Shown piece by piece: positions 28,594 through 33,772 of a stretch of DNA of 33,772 bases. Location: assembly GCA_048938025.1 (NCBI GenBank), contig JBHLMP010000014.1, positions 38,202 to 71,973 on the forward strand, in the 5' to 3' direction. The position numbers and the translations under genes were made by a program. The notes below the pieces were generated by a model that was not told the origin of the DNA, made no database searches, and worked only from the letters and a program-made list of their open reading frames with translations. This stretch comes from Promethearchaeota archaeon (GTDB lineage Archaea; Asgardarchaeota; Lokiarchaeia; Sigyniarchaeales; SOKP01). Each line of letters begins with the position of its first letter. The stretch's first letter is position 1.

Positions 28594-28836
28594 TTTAAGA
28601 GTGAAAGATCTTATTTTTAATATAACAAATTTAAAAGTAATTTAAGTTGATTTTTTGAAACAATTATTATTTCAATTGAAATGGTTTTACTTTCCAGTGA
28701 AAAATAGTACTCTGGAGGGAGAGGGAGAGATGATAAGAAATAAAAAATGTGTAATTTATAAAATTTTATTTAGAGATATAATAACTAAAAAGAAAAAATG
28801 CTATTTTTGATAAATATTATATAAGGAATAAATAAA

Positions 28837-29073
28837 ATGACTTGAATTTAAAAGATTATTGAAGAAATTAAGAATTTCCCTAAAAAAAATTTTGCTTTAT
28901 TGAACGAAATTCTTAATCGTTTAAAACAGAATTTAAAGGGGAAGAGAGAAATTATGTATTTTTCCATCATTAATTTAATTATAAGAAAAGGAGATACTGA
29001 AGAAAAATTTAATCAATTATTATTATGATGTAATCATAAGATGAGGTTAAGTGAGATTAATGTAAAAATTTAG
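28837..29073 (+). pseudogene. Probable degraded small gene
   Basis: Frame 28852-29073 reads like protein (KIIEEIKNF..LKQNLKGKREIMYFSIINLII..LLL*CNHKMRL) with an in-frame TGA at 29026; the upstream ATG at 28837 is followed by stops. Confidence 0.4.
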
Positions 29074-29300
29074 AGCATCTTATTTGTGTTGATAAAGTTA
29101 CTCTTAAAATATGAATATTTGATTTATACAAAAAATTAAAATATCAAAAAGGAATTATAAATACTTAAATTATTATAATACTAAATAATATAATTTAATA
29201 TAAATTTAAAGAACGTTTCATAAATTACATAATTTTCTTAAGTATTATTCAAGTGAACGGTTAAATTCCTTTAAATTTAAATTTCTAAAGGAGATTTTCA

Positions 29301-29987
29301 ATGGTTCGATTTACAGCAGATCATAAAGTATATATAAAGATACTCTATTGGGGAATGGCTGGTTCAGGAAAGACAACAATTGTAGATACTCTTTATAGAT
29401 TAACAAAAGAAGACGAAAAAGATATTGAACCTACTGGTAATTTAACTAAAATTTCTATGGCAAGTGGATCCACACTTTATTTTGATAGAGGCATTTTTCA
29501 ATCTACAAAACAGAAAAGCAGAGGAAAAGTATTTTATCACGTATATACGGTGGCAGGTCAAAGAAGATTTTCCCCATTAAGAAAAAAAATATTTAAAGGT
29601 ACTGATGGAGTCATATTTACTGTTGATTCACAAACCCACTTTTTCGAAGATAATATAGAATCATTGAAAGAGCTAAAAAATGTAACAAGAGGAAAGTTAA
29701 TTAAAGAAATTCCTCTTATAATCATGTTAAACAAGCAAGATCTTAAAGAAGTGATTGGAGAAGAAGATTTTAAGCAAGTATTGAAAGATGAAAAACTCTG
29801 GTATGAACCTGATCATGAGTTATATATTTGGAATCCCATTATTTATAAAACATGTGCATTATATGACCAAAAGAAAAATATATATCGTAGTTTTTCAGAA
29901 TGTGCTAGAAGAACAGGATTATATCAAATATATGGAGATGGAGAGGCTCCAATAGGCAATAATTTTAAGGATTTTCAAGATATTTAG
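29301..29987 (+). CDS. MglA/Arf-like small GTPase
   Basis: KILYWGMAGSGKTT, STLYFD, TVAGQ, GTDGVIFTVDS, NKQD, TCA. Confidence 0.92.
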   Translation: MVRFTADHKVYIKILYWGMAGSGKTTIVDTLYRLTKEDEKDIEPTGNLTKISMASGSTLYFDRGIFQSTKQKSRGKVFYHVYTVAGQRRFSPLRKKIFKGTDGVIFTVDSQTHFFEDNIESLKELKNVTRGKLIKEIPLIIMLNKQDLKEVIGEEDFKQVLKDEKLWYEPDHELYIWNPIIYKTCALYDQKKNIYRSFSECARRTGLYQIYGDGEAPIGNNFKDFQDI

Positions 29988-30267
29988 ATTGATTTTACTA
30001 AATTAAAAATTACCGATAATTATTCTATTAGATTTTTTTTACTCTTTTTTGAAAAAAATTTAAAATTTAAAAAATTAGAAAAATTGAATTAAGGTTATAA
30101 AAATTCGATGATAGAAACTAGACAAGGATGATCTACAATAAGTAGGAATGATAAGTTATAGTTACTTTGAGGATTATACAAACCTTAATCCAATTATAAT
30201 AATCGAATAACAATTTATAAAAACATTTATTCATTTTTATATAATAACTGAAAAAGACTACAATAAA

Positions 30268-30459
30268 ATGGAAATGGGATTATATAATAACATTAAGGAT
30301 AATTTACCAATACAATTTTCAATATTTCAATTAATGAGTGTTTTGGGAATTGATGCCTCGCAAGTACGTAAAATAAGAAATTTATTAAAACAATTTTATA
30401 TGCAAGGATACATAAAAAGAATATCTAAAAATATGTATCAAAAGAATAAAAAAAAATAA
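30268..30459 (+). CDS. Small winged-helix-like protein
   Basis: FSIFQLMSVLGI..KIRNLLKQFYMQGYIKRISKNMYQK pattern. Confidence 0.65.
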   Translation: MEMGLYNNIKDNLPIQFSIFQLMSVLGIDASQVRKIRNLLKQFYMQGYIKRISKNMYQKNKKK

Positions 30460-30468
30460 AACTAAAAA

Positions 30469-31062
30469 TCAATTAATAACTCTGATTTTTAAATTTAGTT
30501 GAGGGAAAATAAATCTAATTAATTGGAAAAACGATGCTATTACTCCTTCTCCTTTAATTGCTATTGTTTTTTTAAGCGATAGATTTTTGAATCTATCATA
30601 ATTAATATGCGAAACAAAATCAAGTTCCTTTAATTTTTTTATATTATCTAAATCGTATTTATTTAAGGCAATTACTATAGGAATATTATATATTTCTTCT
30701 CCAAACAGTGTTTTTAATTCGTTCCAAGAGCATAAATTATGTTCTAAATATTCCAATTGTGAGTCAACTACAAATATTATACCGTCTACTCCATTTAAAG
30801 TAGCTGGACGAGTACTTGCATAAAAATCTTGACCTGTAGCAGAATATATTAACAATTTCAATCCCCATTCTGTCCCCTTGAATTGTAAAACACCAAAATC
30901 AAAAAATAAGGTCCTCCCAACAGAATTATCAATAGATTCTAGCTTATCATCTTTATTAAAATAAGAAAAGAGATGTTTAATCGATGTTGTTTTTCCTGAC
31001 ATGGCCGGTCCATAATATACTATTTTAACCTGTAAGGTTTTATTTTCAAAATCATAAATCAT
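30469..31062 (-). CDS. MglA-type small GTPase
   Basis: KIVYYGPAMSGKTT, GRTLFFDF, ATGQ, GVDGIIFVVDS, NKYD, AIKGEGV. Confidence 0.93.
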   Translation of the reverse strand: MIYDFENKTLQVKIVYYGPAMSGKTTSIKHLFSYFNKDDKLESIDNSVGRTLFFDFGVLQFKGTEWGLKLLIYSATGQDFYASTRPATLNGVDGIIFVVDSQLEYLEHNLCSWNELKTLFGEEIYNIPIVIALNKYDLDNIKKLKELDFVSHINYDRFKNLSLKKTIAIKGEGVIASFFQLIRFIFPQLNLKIRVIN

Positions 31063-31069
31063 ATTAGAT

Positions 31070-31966
31070 TCAACCCCATAGTGAAACTATTTTATCTCCC
31101 ATAAATGCTTTTTTACCATTTTCTATTAAGATAGAAAAATTTTCCCCCCATTCCTTCGTAATAAATGATATTATTCGGTTTATAGGAGCTTCTTCGTAAT
31201 CAATTGTTTCTAAAAGTGTTTTACTTCCTATATTTGTATTAATTTCTACACTATTTAATAATGATAATCTTGATAATATGAAGAAAGCTCTTTTTGAGCC
31301 TGAATAAAAATTTTGAATTTCACCTTTAACAATATTTTTTTTCAATTCGTTTTTCTCTATTTCAAAATCTAATAAAGTCTTCATTAGATCTTTATCAAGA
31401 TGATTCGCATGAATTTTTTCGGATAAGACTCTCTTCATTTTAGCAATAGATTTTTCGGTATCTTGAGAAATTTTTCTGAAAATATTTTGTTCTAGTGTTA
31501 AATCAATTAATTTGAGATCAATTCCTTCTACTTCAATTGAGATATTATTAGCTGAGATTATTATAAATAAGACCTTATTCACTTTTTTTATAATTAAGTT
31601 TTTTAAATAATTAAAATGATCTTTTTGGTCAGGAAGTTCCATTCCAATAAGCCAAGAATTAATATCTTCAATTTGACTTAGTGCTTTTCTAGCTACATTG
31701 CAAGGACATCTAATATGACTTCTTTGAGAATTAAAATCTATATTTTCGTTTAAAATTAAATTATTGTATTCATTGTTTGAAATAAAGTCTGTATAAAACA
31801 CATATTCTCTTCTAAAATGAATAAGTTCAGATAAATCGATTAGAAATTGATCAACTTGCTCTGAATCTTCTCCTAACACTATGATAGGAATTCTATCAAG
31901 TAGGCAATATAAAATTAGGGAATTATAATTTTTTTTAAGTCTATCTAAAAATTCAAAAAAATTCAT
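31070..31966 (-). CDS. Putative DENN-like domain protein
   Basis: ILYCLLDRIPIIVLGEDSEQVDQFLIDLSELI..SWLIG resembles the cDENN core pattern by eye; the ORF is solid, the product call is tentative. Confidence 0.55.
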   Translation of the reverse strand: MNFFEFLDRLKKNYNSLILYCLLDRIPIIVLGEDSEQVDQFLIDLSELIHFRREYVFYTDFISNNEYNNLILNENIDFNSQRSHIRCPCNVARKALSQIEDINSWLIGMELPDQKDHFNYLKNLIIKKVNKVLFIIISANNISIEVEGIDLKLIDLTLEQNIFRKISQDTEKSIAKMKRVLSEKIHANHLDKDLMKTLLDFEIEKNELKKNIVKGEIQNFYSGSKRAFFILSRLSLLNSVEINTNIGSKTLLETIDYEEAPINRIISFITKEWGENFSILIENGKKAFMGDKIVSLWG

Positions 31967-31979
31967 GCTTCCACCAAAA

Positions 31980-32981
31980 TTATTTAATTATTAATTCTCC
32001 CAATAATCTTTTAATGTCAAAAGTTCTGTGATCTTGAATTTCAGATGCTTGCTTAATAAGTGTGTTAATCTTTTTTGAGAATTGTGGAAGTAGTAACCTT
32101 ATAAGCCCTAATTTTTGACGTACTTTTCCAATTTCAGTACTAAATATTGCTTTTCCTAACCCATTAATAAACTGAAAAGTACTTTCACAATCAAGCAGAA
32201 TATTCTCTGCTTGCATTTTTTTTAATAACCATGCACATCTGTTAGCTGTTTGAAAGAGCGAATAACTCATTGCAGAAATGCTATCTAACTTTTCTTTATT
32301 AATATTAAATTTTTTTAATATTTTAGAAGCAATAAAACCACCTTCAATCGTAATAAAGGCATATTTTAAATCTGGAATTGTTAATGAAAAATTATTTAAA
32401 ATTTTTCTTAGTTCAATTGATATATTTTCTGAAAAGCTTAAAGAAAATGATGAAACTCTCATATTAAATTCTTCATTTTCTTTAACATTGAATCCTTCGA
32501 TTATATTTTGGATTTTCTGATTTGTAAACTGAATTAATGGTGGTTTAAATGATTCTCCGGAAGTTATTAAAGTTGTCTTGATTTTTTTCAAACATTCACT
32601 CGTTTGTAAAAATATACCCCCTAAATTAACGTTAGGTTGAGCTGTAATTGCTATAAAAAATTCATGATTGTTATCTAAAATACCTTGCTGTTCTAAAATT
32701 CTATTTAAAGAATGGTGCAATGGACTATTTAATGGGGCGATTAATATTTTCGCTTTTTTACCCTCAATTAAAATATATTTTAAATCGTTTGGATGCAGAT
32801 GTATTCCAACATTAAAAATTGCGCTGGTTGCAGAACTGACATTAAAAATTTCATCTTTAGAGAACCAAACTCCAGTAGATTGAATTGGATTACCATCTCT
32901 CTGAGTCAATACTGCATTTTCTACTCCTTTTAATTGTTTAATTTGGTCTAAATGGATTCCTATTTTTTCTTTTAGATGCAT
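31980..32981 (-). CDS. Tandem (double) roadblock/LC7 domain protein
   Basis: Domain 1 GVENAVLTQRDGNPIQS..SSATSAIF..YILIEGKKAKILIAPL; domain 2 DLKYAFITIEGGFIAS..ISAMSYSL..ILLDC..KLGLIRL; ATG 32981 (track TTG 32999). Confidence 0.88.
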   Translation of the reverse strand: MHLKEKIGIHLDQIKQLKGVENAVLTQRDGNPIQSTGVWFSKDEIFNVSSATSAIFNVGIHLHPNDLKYILIEGKKAKILIAPLNSPLHHSLNRILEQQGILDNNHEFFIAITAQPNVNLGGIFLQTSECLKKIKTTLITSGESFKPPLIQFTNQKIQNIIEGFNVKENEEFNMRVSSFSLSFSENISIELRKILNNFSLTIPDLKYAFITIEGGFIASKILKKFNINKEKLDSISAMSYSLFQTANRCAWLLKKMQAENILLDCESTFQFINGLGKAIFSTEIGKVRQKLGLIRLLLPQFSKKINTLIKQASEIQDHRTFDIKRLLGELIIK

Positions 32982-33045
32982 TTTAAATTCTAAGTACAAT
33001 TATTTGAAATGATATACTTTTATTTTAAAAGAGATTTTTAAAGTA

Positions 33046-33063
33046 CGAAAATTTATTAAGAAC
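33046..33063 (+). promoter_or_regulatory. Candidate upstream BRE-TATA promoter (rRNA P1)
   Basis: CGAAAA-TTTATTAA-GAAC; the 12-mer TTTATTAAGAAC recurs at 33249. Confidence 0.5.
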
Positions 33064-33129
33064 AACTATATTTTCCTCAGAAAAACAAAAAAAATTTAAA
33101 TATAGTGTTCTTATATAATATTATAGCAA

Positions 33130-33204
33130 ATCGCATCTTTTCCGGTGTAAGCTTGGATTACGGTAGATATCCGTTAAATGAAAAGTTAAATCATTGATGC
33201 GATA
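33130..33204 (+). ncRNA. Putative tRNA-like cloverleaf RNA element
   Basis: ATCGCATC/GATGCGAT closing stem with three internal hairpins; GC-richer than its flanks. Confidence 0.5.
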
Positions 33205-33240
33205 TAAAAAATGTAGTTATAATTTTAACAATTATAACTG

Positions 33241-33260
33241 AAGAAGGTTTTATTAAGAAC
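33241..33260 (+). promoter_or_regulatory. Candidate rRNA promoter (P2)
   Basis: AAGAAGGT-TTTATTAA-GAAC about 75 nt upstream of the 16S 5' end; leader hairpin AGGAGT/ACTCCT at 33282-33306. Confidence 0.5.
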
Positions 33261-33329
33261 CCCCAAGAGATGTTAAATTCCAGGAGTAAAGAATAAATTA
33301 ACTCCTTGCGATAAGCTTCTATTTAAATT

Positions 33330-33772
<443 letters not shown>

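Noticed and set aside
29110-29150. SECIS-like hairpin downstream of the in-frame TGA
   Set aside because: ATGA is present but the stem is almost all A/U and the opposing GA is missing (CA instead)
4005-32883. Short antisense ORFs inside long genes (e.g. 4005, 4431, 5595, 6107, 9658, 10614, 12291, 12643, 15014, 15221, 18700, 20072, 21122, 22906, 32278, 32668)
   Set aside because: Overlap better-supported genes on the opposite strand and have no motifs

Overview
Very AT-rich archaeal chromosomal DNA, most consistent with Asgard archaea (Lokiarchaeia/Promethearchaeia). This is inferred from the archaeal 16S 5' end, archaeal informational genes, and multiple small GTPase, roadblock and V4R genes. 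The core content is housekeeping: tgtA (partial), AK6/Fap7 kinase, two TFB paralogues, ABCE1, class I LysRS, uL3-uL4-uL23, eS17, cdc6/orc1, two intron-containing tRNAs (Ile-GAU, Glu-CUC) and the start of a 16S rRNA gene. Interspersed are five more unusual elements: (i) a roadblock-roadblock / DENN-like / MglA-type GTPase operon facing a second MglA-type GTPase; (ii) dispersed parts of a Tad/Flp-like pilus system; (iii) a tRNA-Ile with an insertion in its 5' end and a duplicated 5' end; (iv) a 74-nt tRNA-like cloverleaf upstream of the 16S gene; and (v) a 21-bp inverted repeat pair flanking a ~91% AT spacer (candidate oriC or MITE). All family assignments are from motifs recognised by eye; no database searches were run.
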